DNA of 64,000 bases, taken from positions 16,129-80,128 of the forward strand of contig CAJOLD010000009.1 of NCBI GenBank assembly GCA_905235435.1. The letters are read 5' to 3'. Of this stretch, positions 10,233 through 19,712 are shown piece by piece; the stretch's first letter is position 1; each line of letters opens with the position of its first letter. The translations under genes and the position numbers were made by a program. This stretch comes from an uncultured Lachnospiraceae bacterium. Lineage in GTDB: Bacteria > Bacillota > Clostridia > Lachnospirales > Lachnospiraceae. The notes beneath the pieces were generated by a model. It had not been told where the DNA came from. It was given only the letters and a program-made list of their open reading frames with translations, and ran no database searches.

Positions 10233-11784
10233 GGCACACCCTCCTGATCTCTTCCGGAGTCTGCTGCTCGATGCCAAGCATGTACTTGCCCATCAGTTCA
10301 TCGGACAGATCTCTTGTATCTTCAAAATATGCCGCGATCCTGCCGCCGCACATGATGATCAGACTGTCTGACAGCTCCATAACTTCGTTCAGGTCCGCGG
10401 ACACCAGAAGGACCGCGATGCCGGACCTGGACAGTTCGACGAGTTTCTTACGGATGAACTCCGTAGCGCCGACATCGATACCGCGCGTCGGCTGGTCGGC
10501 GATGATCAGCACGGGATCGTTGGAGAATTCCCTGGCGACGACCACCTTCTGGATATTGCCGCCGGAAAGGCTGCCGATCGTCTGGCCGGCGGATTTGCAG
10601 AGGACCGTGTAGTCCTTGACAAGCTGGTCGCTCATCTTGTGGATCTCGCTCATGTTGAACAGGATGCCTTTGTTCAGCTCTTTATTCGCCGTACGGTCGC
10701 TGATCAGGTTCTCCTCAATGGAGGCCGTCGCGGCGATGCCGTAGAGCATCCGGTCCTCGGGCACGAGGGAGATATGCCTCTCGCGGATCTCTCTCTGGTT
10801 GAGTCCGAGGATCTCCTCTCCGGAGACCTTGACGGAGCCGGCATTGGGCGTATTAAAGCCGAAGAGCATATCGACCAGCTCCTTCTGGCCGTTGCCTTCT
10901 ACGCCGGCGATGCCGAGGATCTCGCCCTTCCGCACGGAAAGGGAGACCTTGTCGAGCATCTTTTTGCCCCACTCGTTGATATACTCGAGATCCCGCACGC
11001 GCAGGACCTCTTCGCCGGGCTGCGCGGGCTCCTTCTCGACCTTCAGGACGACGTCGCGGCCGACCATCAGGCGGGAGATCTCCTCGGGGGTGACGTCCTT
11101 TGTATTGTAGATCCCCATGGAGCGGCCGCCGCGAAGGATCGTCATGCGGTCCGTGATCTCCATGATCTCGTTGAGCTTATGCGAAATGAAGATCATCGTA
11201 TAGCCCTGCTTCTTCAGGTTCTCAAGCTCGACGAAAAGCTCGGCGGTCTCCTGCGTCGTAAGGACGGCCGTAGGCTCGTCGAGGATGAGGATCTTCGCGC
11301 CGCGCACCAGGGCCTTTAAGATCTCGACCTTCTGTTTCATGCCGACGGGGATGTCCGCGACCCTGGCGTTCGCCTCAACGGGAAGATTGAATTTCTTTGA
11401 ATACTCTTCCGTGAGTGCGACTGCCTTCTTGTAGTCGATCAGCATTCCCGATTTTTTCGGTACCATGCCGAGGACCATATTCTCCGCGACCGTCAGGCTG
11501 GGCACGAGCATGAAGTGCTGGTGCACCATGCCGATCCCATGGGAAATGGCGACGGTAGGCGAAGAAAGGTTCACCGGCTCGCCGTTGACCAGGATCTCGC
11601 CGGACGTCGGCTGCTCCAGGCCAAACAGCATTTTCATGAGGGTGGATTTTCCGGCGCCGTTCTCTCCCATGAGCGCATGGATCTCACCCTTTTTTACATC
11701 GAAATTGACATCCTGGTTTGCCACGGTACCATTGGGATAAACCTTAGTGATGCCTTTCATCTGGATGACAAACTCTTCTCCCAT
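10225..11784 (-). CDS. ABC transporter ATP-binding protein with duplicated ATPase domains (NupO/RnsA-like)
   Basis: 519 aa. Walker A is GENGAGKST and the signature motifs are LSGGNIQK-type. Two nucleotide-binding domains, typical of sugar/nucleoside CUT2 importers. Confidence 0.88.
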   Translation of the reverse strand: MGEEFVIQMKGITKVYPNGTVANQDVNFDVKKGEIHALMGENGAGKSTLMKMLFGLEQPTSGEILVNGEPVNLSSPTVAISHGIGMVHQHFMLVPSLTVAENMVLGMVPKKSGMLIDYKKAVALTEEYSKKFNLPVEANARVADIPVGMKQKVEILKALVRGAKILILDEPTAVLTTQETAELFVELENLKKQGYTMIFISHKLNEIMEITDRMTILRGGRSMGIYNTKDVTPEEISRLMVGRDVVLKVEKEPAQPGEEVLRVRDLEYINEWGKKMLDKVSLSVRKGEILGIAGVEGNGQKELVDMLFGFNTPNAGSVKVSGEEILGLNQREIRERHISLVPEDRMLYGIAATASIEENLISDRTANKELNKGILFNMSEIHKMSDQLVKDYTVLCKSAGQTIGSLSGGNIQKVVVAREFSNDPVLIIADQPTRGIDVGATEFIRKKLVELSRSGIAVLLVSADLNEVMELSDSLIIMCGGRIAAYFEDTRDLSDELMGKYMLGIEQQTPEEIRRVCHE

Positions 11785-11823
11785 ATAGTTCTATCTCCGT
11801 TTCTTCCGGAAGGTTGTTCTCTC

Positions 11824-11851
11824 AGAAAAAGGGGAACTGTTAAAGTCCCCC
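11824..11851 (-). terminator. weak intra-operon hairpin after the binding-protein gene
   Basis: On the minus strand AGGGGAC..loop..GTTCCCCT is followed by TTTTTC. The stem is only 6 bp. This arrangement is common for attenuating read-through from a binding-protein gene. Confidence 0.3.
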
Positions 11852-11903
11852 TCTTTCATCAGATCAGATCAAACTGCTTCAAAAGCACTGCCCGGATCGT
11901 ATA

Positions 11904-13001
11904 TTACGGACGGACCGAATCACGCAGAGCCTGCGCAGCCTCGTTGCCGCCTTCATCAAATGCGGACGGAACAACGATCTCGCCGGAAGCTACGCCGTCG
12001 ATGGCAGCCTGCACGGCAGCCTTGGTCTCGTCGCTTGCGTATTTGTCAAAGTTCTTGTCGGTCACGATGCCGACGCCGCCCTCGGTGATACCAAGGGAGA
12101 CCTTCGTTCCGAAGAGATCCTCACCGGCATCCCACTGATCAAAGAACCATACGAGGGAGTTGCCGACGTTCTTCAGGCCGGAGGTAAGGCAGATCGCCGC
12201 AAGGTCTTCGGAGAGGGTCAGCTCCTGGTCGGAGTCAACGCCGATGAACCAGCCGCCATCGGTCTCGAGGACTGCTTCCGCGGCGCCGTTGCCGGCATTG
12301 CCTGCCACGCCCCAGATGATATCGCACTTGGAGTCGTTGACCATGGAGATGCCGTACTCTTTCGCCTTTGCGGTATCAACATAGTCGGAGGTATAACGGA
12401 CGTCGACCTTGGTGTCGGGATCTACGGCCTGCGCGCCGGAGATGTAGCCGTCCATGAAGTCGTTGATGACGGGGCTGTCATAGCCGCCGACAAAACCGAT
12501 GACCTTGTCCTCGTTGATGCGCTCAACGTTCGTGTCCTGCGTCATGCAGGCAGCGAAGGTGCCTACGATGTAGCCGAGGTCGTTCTGCTTGTAAACGATG
12601 TTGACAACGTTGGCGTCCTCGCCGGCATAGGTGTCGTCATCGAAGATCAGGTATTTCTGATCCGGATACTGCTCCGCGACTTCCTTCAGGTAGTCGGGCA
12701 TCTGATAGGTGCCGCAGACGATCAGGTCATATTCCATACTGTCGGAAACTTCGTAGAGGGTCTCCAGCCATTTCGGCTGATCCTGCGCGGTGCCGCCAAG
12801 CTCGATCGTGTTGAGGCTGATGCGTCCGTCATTTTCCAGCTGCTCAAGGCCGGACTCTGCGGAATCGAAGAATGACTTGTCGCCGAGATTGCCGTTTACG
12901 ATGTAGCAGACATTGTAGGGATCAGCGAACGCGGTCATTGCCATAGCTGCAACTGCAACAGCGGAAAGGGCTGCCATCTTGATGAGTGTAGCATGCTTCA
13001 T
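11904..13001 (-). CDS. BMP-family (PnrA/Med-like) nucleoside-binding protein of the ABC importer
   Basis: 365 aa with an N-terminal signal sequence. The BMP-family context IVNGNLGDKSFFDSAE is present. It is the first gene of the four-gene transporter operon. Confidence 0.82.
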   Translation of the reverse strand: MKHATLIKMAALSAVAVAAMAMTAFADPYNVCYIVNGNLGDKSFFDSAESGLEQLENDGRISLNTIELGGTAQDQPKWLETLYEVSDSMEYDLIVCGTYQMPDYLKEVAEQYPDQKYLIFDDDTYAGEDANVVNIVYKQNDLGYIVGTFAACMTQDTNVERINEDKVIGFVGGYDSPVINDFMDGYISGAQAVDPDTKVDVRYTSDYVDTAKAKEYGISMVNDSKCDIIWGVAGNAGNGAAEAVLETDGGWFIGVDSDQELTLSEDLAAICLTSGLKNVGNSLVWFFDQWDAGEDLFGTKVSLGITEGGVGIVTDKNFDKYASDETKAAVQAAIDGVASGEIVVPSAFDEGGNEAAQALRDSVRP

Positions 13002-13105
13002 GTTCAGTTCCTCCTGTTATGATAATATAGTGTTTGTTAATGGGCGGCGGCCGGCCCCGGCGCTGTGGGAAGCGCCTTTTCCTCCCGGCCCCGCATTTCA
13101 TGTCT

Positions 13106-13114
13106 ATAATACCA
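13106..13114 (-). promoter_or_regulatory. extended -10 element upstream of the nucleoside transporter operon
   Basis: The minus strand reads TGgTATTAT. No good -35 is present. It lies about 105 nt upstream of ATG 13001. Confidence 0.35.
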
Positions 13115-13185
13115 TAAAGGGCACGTGCGCGCCACTCTTTTTAGTAAATTTTACACATAAACGGAGCGGCGGATACTAAAAAATA

Positions 13186-13221
13186 ATAAAAAAAGGCCTC
13201 CGCCGTCACACAGCGGAGGTC
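13186..13221 (-). terminator. rho-independent terminator after the small membrane protein gene
   Basis: On the minus strand the stem CCTCCGC / GCGGAGG (9-nt loop) is followed by TTTTTTT. Confidence 0.75.
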
Positions 13222-13244
13222 TTTGCTTTACTCTTCCTTTATTC

Positions 13245-13496
13245 TTATTCGGAAAGGCCGCTCATATAATCATCCACGGCCGCGTAATCGACGGTATAGG
13301 TCGCTCCCGCCTGCTCTTCGGCTCCCTTGGAACCTTTGATACTGTAGTAAGCGGATACGCCCGCCCATCCGAAGATGATCACGCCGAACACGGCAAGACC
13401 GATGTTGACCAGGAGCTTTTCCCTCTTCTGGCGCTTCATGATCTTCTCGCGGTTGCGTTTCTGTTCCTTATAGGCATCTACTTTTTCCTGGCTCAT
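13245..13496 (-). CDS. small membrane-anchored protein (Lys/Arg/Glu-rich N-terminus, one TM helix)
   Basis: ORF trimmed to ATG 13496 (MSQEKVDAYKEQKRNREKIMKRQKREK, then LLVNIGLAVFGVIIFGWAGVSAYY). GAAGGAGAG lies upstream. I recognise no family. Confidence 0.55.
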   Translation of the reverse strand: MSQEKVDAYKEQKRNREKIMKRQKREKLLVNIGLAVFGVIIFGWAGVSAYYSIKGSKGAEEQAGATYTVDYAAVDDYMSGLSE

Positions 13497-13657
13497 AACA
13501 ATTCTCTCCTTCACAGGGCCTTAGGGCCCCTTATTCATCAGCTTTTTCTATTATACACAACTGATGGAAAAATTCAATCTTTTTATTCCTTGCAAAAGCG
13601 CCGATTTGCGTTTACTATAATTCAGATGAAAAGCGGTCAGCCCGAAAGGAGGAAGCG

Positions 13658-14167
13658 GTGCAGGCATTTTTGATCGATGCGCAGAAGGAATTCATGTCGG
13701 CGCTCCTTGCCGGCACTTCTTTTGATTCATTTATCGTCTGCAGCGTGCAGGTGACGACGTTTACGACCTTTACGGTAGACGGGTCCTGGCACCCGGAATT
13801 TGCCGGAGCCTCCGCCGAAGATCAGGAGGCAGGCGAAAAGCCCGAATCCTCCTCTCTCACCTGGCGCATGGTAAGGCCCGCCATCTATTCCCTCATCCGC
13901 GGAAAGACACCGCCGCTCCAGATCAAAGCGGTCCTCCGCCTCTCGGATGAGAACACACAGAAAGTGCTCGCGCAGGCAGGCCTGCCTTTAAGCCCGCAGG
14001 ATGTCACGGGACTCTATCTGAACATCCTCTATGACAGAGAAAAGATCACACTGACAGCCGGCACCTCTCTGCGCGTATTTACGCCTGACCGTACCCTGGA
14101 TCAGGTCTGGGGCGACCTGACCGGCAAATTTCTTTCGAAGCTTCAGATCACATACGAAAAGATCTGA
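13658..14167 (+). CDS. hypothetical protein, probably co-transcribed with htpG
   Basis: 169-aa ORF with a GTG start 5 nt after AAAGGAGG. It ends 51 nt before the htpG ATG with no terminator between them. No motif recognised. Confidence 0.55.
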   Translation: MQAFLIDAQKEFMSALLAGTSFDSFIVCSVQVTTFTTFTVDGSWHPEFAGASAEDQEAGEKPESSSLTWRMVRPAIYSLIRGKTPPLQIKAVLRLSDENTQKVLAQAGLPLSPQDVTGLYLNILYDREKITLTAGTSLRVFTPDRTLDQVWGDLTGKFLSKLQITYEKI

Positions 14168-14218
14168 GATCAAATTTGTCAGCACTCACTATTTTTGAAC
14201 CGGAGGGATGAAATCAAA

Positions 14219-16267
14219 ATGAAGAAGACCGGAAACCTTTCAATCAACAACGACAACATTTTTGCAGTCATCAAAAAGTGGCTGTATTCAGATCATGACA
14301 TCTTTGTCCGTGAGATCGTATCAAACGGCTGCGACGCCATCACCAAACTCCACAAGCTGGATGTTATCGGCGAATACACCTTCCCCGAGGGTCACAAGGA
14401 CCGCATCGACGTGGTCGTGGATCCCGAGAACAAGACGCTCACCTTCACTGATAACGGCATCGGCATGACCGCCGGGGAGGTCGAGGAATACATTACCCAG
14501 GTCGCCTTCTCGGGCGCCGAGGCTTTCCTTGAGAAATACAAGGACAAAGCGACCGGCGATGAGATCATCGGCCATTTCGGACTCGGCTTCTACTCTGTCT
14601 TTATGGTCGCCGACGAGGTCGAGATCAACACCCTCTCCTGGCAGGAAGGCGCCAAAGCGGTACACTGGACCTGCGACGGCTCCTCCGAGTACACGATGGA
14701 CGACTCCGACCGCACCGGGATCGGTACCGAGATCATCCTGCACCTTTCCGAAAACTGCCTGGAGTTCGCGAATGAATACCGTGTGCGCGAAGTACTGGAG
14801 AAATACTGCTCCTTCATGCCGGTGGAGATCTACCTCTCCAAGGCGCGCGCTCCGCAGGAATATGAGACGATCGACGCGGAAGATCTGCGCGATGACGATG
14901 TCGTCGCAGAGCGCATCCATGAGGAGGCGAAGACCGAAGAGCGGGAAAACGAAGACGGCACAAAAGAGACCGTGGAGATCTCCCCCGCCAGGGACCGCGT
15001 CAAAATCAACAAGCGCGAAGTCTCCATCAGCGACACGCAGCCGCTCTGGAACAAGCATCCGAATGACTGCACCGAGGAGGAATACCGCGGCTTCTACCGC
15101 AAGGTCTTTATGGACTACAAGGAGCCGCTCTTCTGGATCCACCTGAATATGGACTATCCGTTCCGCATGAAGGGCATCCTCTACTTCCCGCGCATCAACA
15201 CGGAATATGATTCCATCGAGGGGACCATCAAGCTGTACAACAACCAGGTCTTCATCGCGGACAACATTAAGGAAGTCATCCCCGAGTACCTGATGCTCCT
15301 CAAGGGCGTCATCGACTGCCCGGACTTCCCGCTGAACGTCTCCAGAAGCGCGCTGCAGAACGACGGCTTCGTAAAGAAGATGTCCGATTACATCTCCAAG
15401 AAGGTCGCCGACAAGCTCTCCGGCATGTGTAAGACAGACCGCGAAAATTACGAGAAATACTGGGATGATATCAGCCCCTTCATCGAATACGGCTGCCTGA
15501 AGGACGACAAGTTCAGCGAAAGAATGTTTGATTACGTCCTCTTCAAGGACCTTGACGGCCAGTACAAGACGCTCGAAGAGCTCGCCCCGAAGAAGGAAGA
15601 AGAGAAAAAGGAAGAAGAGAAAAAGGAAGCAGAGGCAGCGGAAGCAGGGGAAACGGAAGAAGAACCTGAAAAGACGGTCATCTACTACGTTACGGATGAG
15701 CAGCAGCAGAGCCAGTACATCCGCATGTTCCGTGAGCAGGGAATGAACGCCGTCATCCTCCGCCACAACATCGACCAGCCCTTCATCACCCATATGGAGC
15801 AAAAGAGGGACGACCTGAAGTTCCGGCGCATCGACGCGGACATCAGCGAATCGCTGAGCGAAGACGCGGGCGAGGATCTGAAGGAGTCCGAGGAAAAGCT
15901 GACCGCGCTGTTTAAAGACGCCCTCGGGATGGAAGAACTGACCGTTTCCGTCAAAAGGCTGAAGGATGAATCAGTCGCCTCCATGATGGTCCTCTCTGAA
16001 GAGAACCGCAGGATGCAGGATATGCTCAAAATGTACGGGATGTCTGAGATGGACCTCTACGGCATGGGCGGCACGGGCACGCTGGTCCTCAACGCGAACA
16101 GCCCGCTCGTAAAAGTTCTCCTTGAGAACGACGAATCCGAGATGACCCCGGTCGTCTGCAGACAGCTCTACGATCTCGCGCTGCTGGCCCACAAGCCTCT
16201 CTCTCCCGAGGAGATGACCGGCTTTATCGCGCGCAGCAATGAGATCCTGCTGAAAGTTCTGGGATAA
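14219..16267 (+). CDS. htpG: molecular chaperone HtpG (Hsp90)
   Basis: ORF 14195..16267 with the likely start at ATG 14219. The GHKL ATPase N-domain is present (FVREIVSNGCDAITK, DNGIGMT, GHFGLGFYS), followed by a charged linker. Confidence 0.93.
   Translation: MKKTGNLSINNDNIFAVIKKWLYSDHDIFVREIVSNGCDAITKLHKLDVIGEYTFPEGHKDRIDVVVDPENKTLTFTDNGIGMTAGEVEEYITQVAFSGAEAFLEKYKDKATGDEIIGHFGLGFYSVFMVADEVEINTLSWQEGAKAVHWTCDGSSEYTMDDSDRTGIGTEIILHLSENCLEFANEYRVREVLEKYCSFMPVEIYLSKARAPQEYETIDAEDLRDDDVVAERIHEEAKTEERENEDGTKETVEISPARDRVKINKREVSISDTQPLWNKHPNDCTEEEYRGFYRKVFMDYKEPLFWIHLNMDYPFRMKGILYFPRINTEYDSIEGTIKLYNNQVFIADNIKEVIPEYLMLLKGVIDCPDFPLNVSRSALQNDGFVKKMSDYISKKVADKLSGMCKTDRENYEKYWDDISPFIEYGCLKDDKFSERMFDYVLFKDLDGQYKTLEELAPKKEEEKKEEEKKEAEAAEAGETEEEPEKTVIYYVTDEQQQSQYIRMFREQGMNAVILRHNIDQPFITHMEQKRDDLKFRRIDADISESLSEDAGEDLKESEEKLTALFKDALGMEELTVSVKRLKDESVASMMVLSEENRRMQDMLKMYGMSEMDLYGMGGTGTLVLNANSPLVKVLLENDESEMTPVVCRQLYDLALLAHKPLSPEEMTGFIARSNEILLKVLG
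15595..15624 (+). repeat. in-frame 15-nt tandem repeat x2 in the HtpG charged linker
   Basis: GGAAGAAGAGAAAAA occurs twice back to back. It encodes the repeated Glu/Lys (EEEKK-type) segment of the charged linker. Confidence 0.9.
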
Positions 16268-16330
16268 CTAATCAAAGAAGTGATATAATACAAAATGAAC
16301 CAATGATCACAGCTCACCGGAGGGAATGAA

Positions 16331-17044
16331 ATGAGCCGAAAGGAACGGAGCTTCGGAATCTCGGCAAGCACGCTTAAGCTGTTTGCAGTCTTTTCAATGC
16401 TGGTAGACCATACCGGCGCGACCGTCATCTATACGCTCTGCTCTTCCCCCGCGGTCAGGGCTGACGCGAGGCTCTACAATACCCTGGTCCGCCTGTACAG
16501 CATGATGCGCGCTTTCGGACGCCTCGCCTTCCCCATCTACTGCTTCTTTATCGTGGAGGGCTTTCTCCACACCCGCAGCGCCGCGAAGTACGCGGAGCGT
16601 CTTTTCATTTTCGCGCTGATCTCGGAGATCCCGTTTGATTTTGCCCTCAAAAGGAACTGGTTCTATCCCTCCAAGCAGAATGTGTACTTCACGCTCCTCT
16701 TCGGCCTTCTTGCCATCTGGGGCTTTGCCGCCTGTGAGGGGACGGAGACCATACAGCTGCTTGTCATGGTCGCGGCGATGCAGATCGCCACGCTGATGAA
16801 TACCGACTACGGGATGCGCGGGGTGTTCCTCATCGAGATCCTTTATATTCTCCGCCATTCAAAGCTGTATCAGTGCATCGGCGGAGCCGCTGTCATCTCC
16901 TGGGAGAGATGGGCGCCGCTCTCCTTCATTCCCCTCTACTTCTACAACGGGAAGAGGGGACTTCGGCTGAAGTATTTCTTCTATGCGTTCTATCCTGTCC
17001 ACCTTCTGATCCTGGGCATTCTCAAGCGCTGCGTCAAACTCTGA
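16331..17044 (+). CDS. TraX-family membrane protein
   Basis: 237-aa polytopic ORF. The N-terminus LKLFAVFSMLVDHTGA matches the TraX-family signature (..MLIDH.G.). Confidence 0.65.
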   Translation: MSRKERSFGISASTLKLFAVFSMLVDHTGATVIYTLCSSPAVRADARLYNTLVRLYSMMRAFGRLAFPIYCFFIVEGFLHTRSAAKYAERLFIFALISEIPFDFALKRNWFYPSKQNVYFTLLFGLLAIWGFAACEGTETIQLLVMVAAMQIATLMNTDYGMRGVFLIEILYILRHSKLYQCIGGAAVISWERWAPLSFIPLYFYNGKRGLRLKYFFYAFYPVHLLILGILKRCVKL

Positions 17045-17049
17045 GAATA

Positions 17050-17304
17050 TCAGCCCTCTACCAGCAGGAATCTGCCGTCCGGAAGCGGAAAGACTTCCGC
17101 CGATTCCCTGATCTCCTGATCCGACATTCCCGGGTCATAATTCTGTTTGAAATATTTGCGCAGCTCCGCGAAGGATGAAAACACCTGTGCCATGCAGTCC
17201 TCAAGGAACCACGCGGCCTCCTCCTCATTATCCGCCACCGGCTCATCAAACAGCTGATCCTGCTTTGCAAGAAATGTCTGAACCGTCATCTCATCGTACT
17301 CCAT
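17050..17304 (-). CDS. small acidic hypothetical protein
   Basis: 84-aa ORF, very acidic (MEYDEMTVQTFLAKQDQLFDEPVADNEEEAAWFLED...). It lies 16 nt downstream of the YdcF-like gene. No family recognised. Confidence 0.5.
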   Translation of the reverse strand: MEYDEMTVQTFLAKQDQLFDEPVADNEEEAAWFLEDCMAQVFSSFAELRKYFKQNYDPGMSDQEIRESAEVFPLPDGRFLLVEG

Positions 17305-17320
17305 CGTCTTCCCCCTTCTT

Positions 17321-17908
17321 TTATTCCCGGGTCATATGCTCCCGCATGATCTCATGGAACTGGCTCCCGCATCTTTCCACTTCGCCGAGCACGGTATCGA
17401 TCCCTTCCGGAGAAGCCGTCCAGCTCTCCCTGGAGATGCCCTTTGTCACTGCAGGGCAGACGAGGATCTCCGTCTCCGGAAACTGTTCCCTGTAATACAG
17501 CAGGGCCCGCCTCGCGTGGAAAGCCTGGCAGCAGAGGATGGCGCGGGCGGGGATCATCCCCTTCTCTTCCAGCAGCTCCCTGGTAAACATGGCATTCTGA
17601 TAGGTGTACTGCGCCCTCTCCTCCAAAAGAAGCGCCTCCGCCGGCACGCCGCTTCGGGCAAGAAGATCCGCCAGATAAGCGCACTCTGTATCAAAGCCGG
17701 CTGCCCTGGCCGGGCCGGCAACTTCCCCGTTCAGGATGCTGCAGCGGCCGGATATGGCGATCCGTGGCGCATAGCCTTCGCCGAAAAGCGCCGCGGCCCG
17801 CAGAGCGGGACCGTCCTCCGGTCCGCCGGGAAGAAAAATGAGCTCAGCTTTCGCAGGCTCATTTTCCACAAAGATAAAATCTGTAATGCTCTGATAAAAC
17901 GGTCCCAT
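17321..17908 (-). CDS. YdcF/DUF218-family protein
   Basis: 195 aa. It resembles the DUF218 (ElyC/YdcF) Rossmann-like family. The assignment is from memory of the family pattern only. Confidence 0.5.
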   Translation of the reverse strand: MGPFYQSITDFIFVENEPAKAELIFLPGGPEDGPALRAAALFGEGYAPRIAISGRCSILNGEVAGPARAAGFDTECAYLADLLARSGVPAEALLLEERAQYTYQNAMFTRELLEEKGMIPARAILCCQAFHARRALLYYREQFPETEILVCPAVTKGISRESWTASPEGIDTVLGEVERCGSQFHEIMREHMTRE

Positions 17909-17919
17909 CCGGTCCTCCG

Positions 17920-19584
17920 TCAGTCCTTCGGAAGCTTGAAGGAGCTCTTAAGGGAAACGATGCGGTTGAACACCGGCGCGCCGGGCTTTGAATCCTTCGC
18001 GTCCGCGCAGAAGAAACCGGTCCTCACGAACTGGAAGCTGTCATACGCCTTCGCCTCAAGCAGCGCCGGCTCCACGATGCAGTCCTCAAGGACGGTCAGG
18101 GAGTTCGGATTGAGGTTCAGGGAGCCGTCCTCGTTATAGACGCCCTTCTCCTCATCCACGATGTTCTCGTACAGACGCACCGTCGCGCGGCCCGCGGTCT
18201 TTGCCGCGACCCAGTGGATGGTCCCCTTGACCTTGCGCCCGGTAAAACCGGAGCCGCTCTTTGTCTCGGGATCGTAGGTGCAGTGCACTTTTGTGATATT
18301 GCCTTCCTCGTCCTTCTCAAAGCCGGTGCAGGTCACGAAGTAGGCGCCCATCAGGCGTACCTCATTGCCCGGGAACAGGCGGAAGTACTTTTTGGGCGGC
18401 TCCTCCATAAAGTCGTCCCGGTTGATGAAAAGCTCCCTGCCGAAGGGCACCTTCCTGGTGCCGAGCTCCGGATTCTCGAGGTTGTTCTCGATCTCGAGCT
18501 CTTCCATCTGATCCTCGGGATAATTGTCGATGACAAGGGGAAGCGGATCCAGCACGGCCATCATACGCGGCCTCTTCATCTTCAGGTCCTCGCGGATGCA
18601 GTACTCCAGCATCGCGTAGTCAGCGGAGCTCTGCGCCTTGCTGACGCCGCACAGATCCACGAACATGCGGATGGATTCCGGCGTGAAGCCGCGGCGTCTG
18701 AGCGCGGCGATGGAGACCAGGCGCGGATCGTCCCAGCCGTCCACGATGCCCTCTTCGACCAGCTTTTTGATATACCGCTTGCCCGTAACGACATTCGTCA
18801 GATACATCTTCGCGAATTCGATCTGCTTGGGCGGATGCGGATATTCCAGCTCGCGCACGACCCAGTCGTAAAGGGGCCTGTGGTCCTCGAACTCCAGGGT
18901 GCAGATCGAATGGGTCACGCCCTCGATGGCGTCCTCGATCGGATGAGCGAAATCATACATCGGATAGATGCACCACTGATCGCCCGTATTCTGGTGCGAA
19001 AGGTGCGCGACTCTGTAGATGACGGGATCGCGCATGTTCATATTCGGGGAAGCCATATCGATCTTCGCGCGCAGGACCTTCGATCCGTCGGGGTAGATTC
19101 CCTGCTTCATCTCTTCAAAGAGAGCGAGGTTCTCCTCCACGGAGCGGTTCCTGTAGGGGCTTTCCTTACCGGGCTCGGTGAGCGTTCCCCTGTAGGCGCG
19201 GATCTCCTCCGCCGTCAGGTCGCAGACATAGGCTTTTCCCTTTTTGATCAGCCTGACAGCGGCCTCGTACATCTGCGGGAAATAATTCGACGCGTAAAAG
19301 AGGCGGCCCTCATAGTCCGCGCCGAGCCACTCCACATCCTTGATGATGGATTCGACGAACTCGGATTTTTCCTTGGTCGGATTGGTGTCGTCAAAGCGGA
19401 GATTGAACTTTCCGCCGTACTCCTGCGCAAGACCGTAATTCAAAAGGATGGACTTCGCGTGTCCGATATGCAGATAACCGTTCGGTTCCGGCGGGAATCT
19501 GGTGCATACGGTCTCGCAATTGCCCTCCGCGATATCTTTATCAATGATCTGTTCAATAAAATTTTTTCCTGTGTTCTCTTCCAT
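17920..19584 (-). CDS. glnS: glutaminyl-tRNA synthetase
   Basis: 554 aa. The class-I HIGH motif ([13 protein letters not shown]) and a KMSKS-like motif (VTGKRYIKK region) are present, with GlnRS-type length and C-terminal beta-barrel domains. Confidence 0.9.
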   Translation of the reverse strand: MEENTGKNFIEQIIDKDIAEGNCETVCTRFPPEPNGYLHIGHAKSILLNYGLAQEYGGKFNLRFDDTNPTKEKSEFVESIIKDVEWLGADYEGRLFYASNYFPQMYEAAVRLIKKGKAYVCDLTAEEIRAYRGTLTEPGKESPYRNRSVEENLALFEEMKQGIYPDGSKVLRAKIDMASPNMNMRDPVIYRVAHLSHQNTGDQWCIYPMYDFAHPIEDAIEGVTHSICTLEFEDHRPLYDWVVRELEYPHPPKQIEFAKMYLTNVVTGKRYIKKLVEEGIVDGWDDPRLVSIAALRRRGFTPESIRMFVDLCGVSKAQSSADYAMLEYCIREDLKMKRPRMMAVLDPLPLVIDNYPEDQMEELEIENNLENPELGTRKVPFGRELFINRDDFMEEPPKKYFRLFPGNEVRLMGAYFVTCTGFEKDEEGNITKVHCTYDPETKSGSGFTGRKVKGTIHWVAAKTAGRATVRLYENIVDEEKGVYNEDGSLNLNPNSLTVLEDCIVEPALLEAKAYDSFQFVRTGFFCADAKDSKPGAPVFNRIVSLKSSFKLPKD

Positions 19585-19712
19585 CTTTCAAACGTCCTCC
19601 GGCATTCTCCTGATTTCTCATATACGCACACAATCCTAACATAAAAGTTAAGAAAAGACAACATTGTACAGGTTCGGAAAAACTGGTAAACTTTTATGGG
19701 AGGTTGCAGGCT

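Noticed and set aside
14176-14200. GTCAGCACTC upstream of htpG resembles the left half of a CIRCE element (TTAGCACTC-N9-GAGTGCTAA).
   Set aside because: No matching right half-site (GAGTGCTAA) follows at the required 9-nt spacing. A single degenerate half-site is not evidence for HrcA control.
19585-19712. Looked for a T-box leader or other riboswitch upstream of glnS.
   Set aside because: Only 128 nt of spacer are shared with the divergent lipid-kinase gene. There is no T-box core (AGGGTGGNACCGCG-like) or terminator/antiterminator pair.
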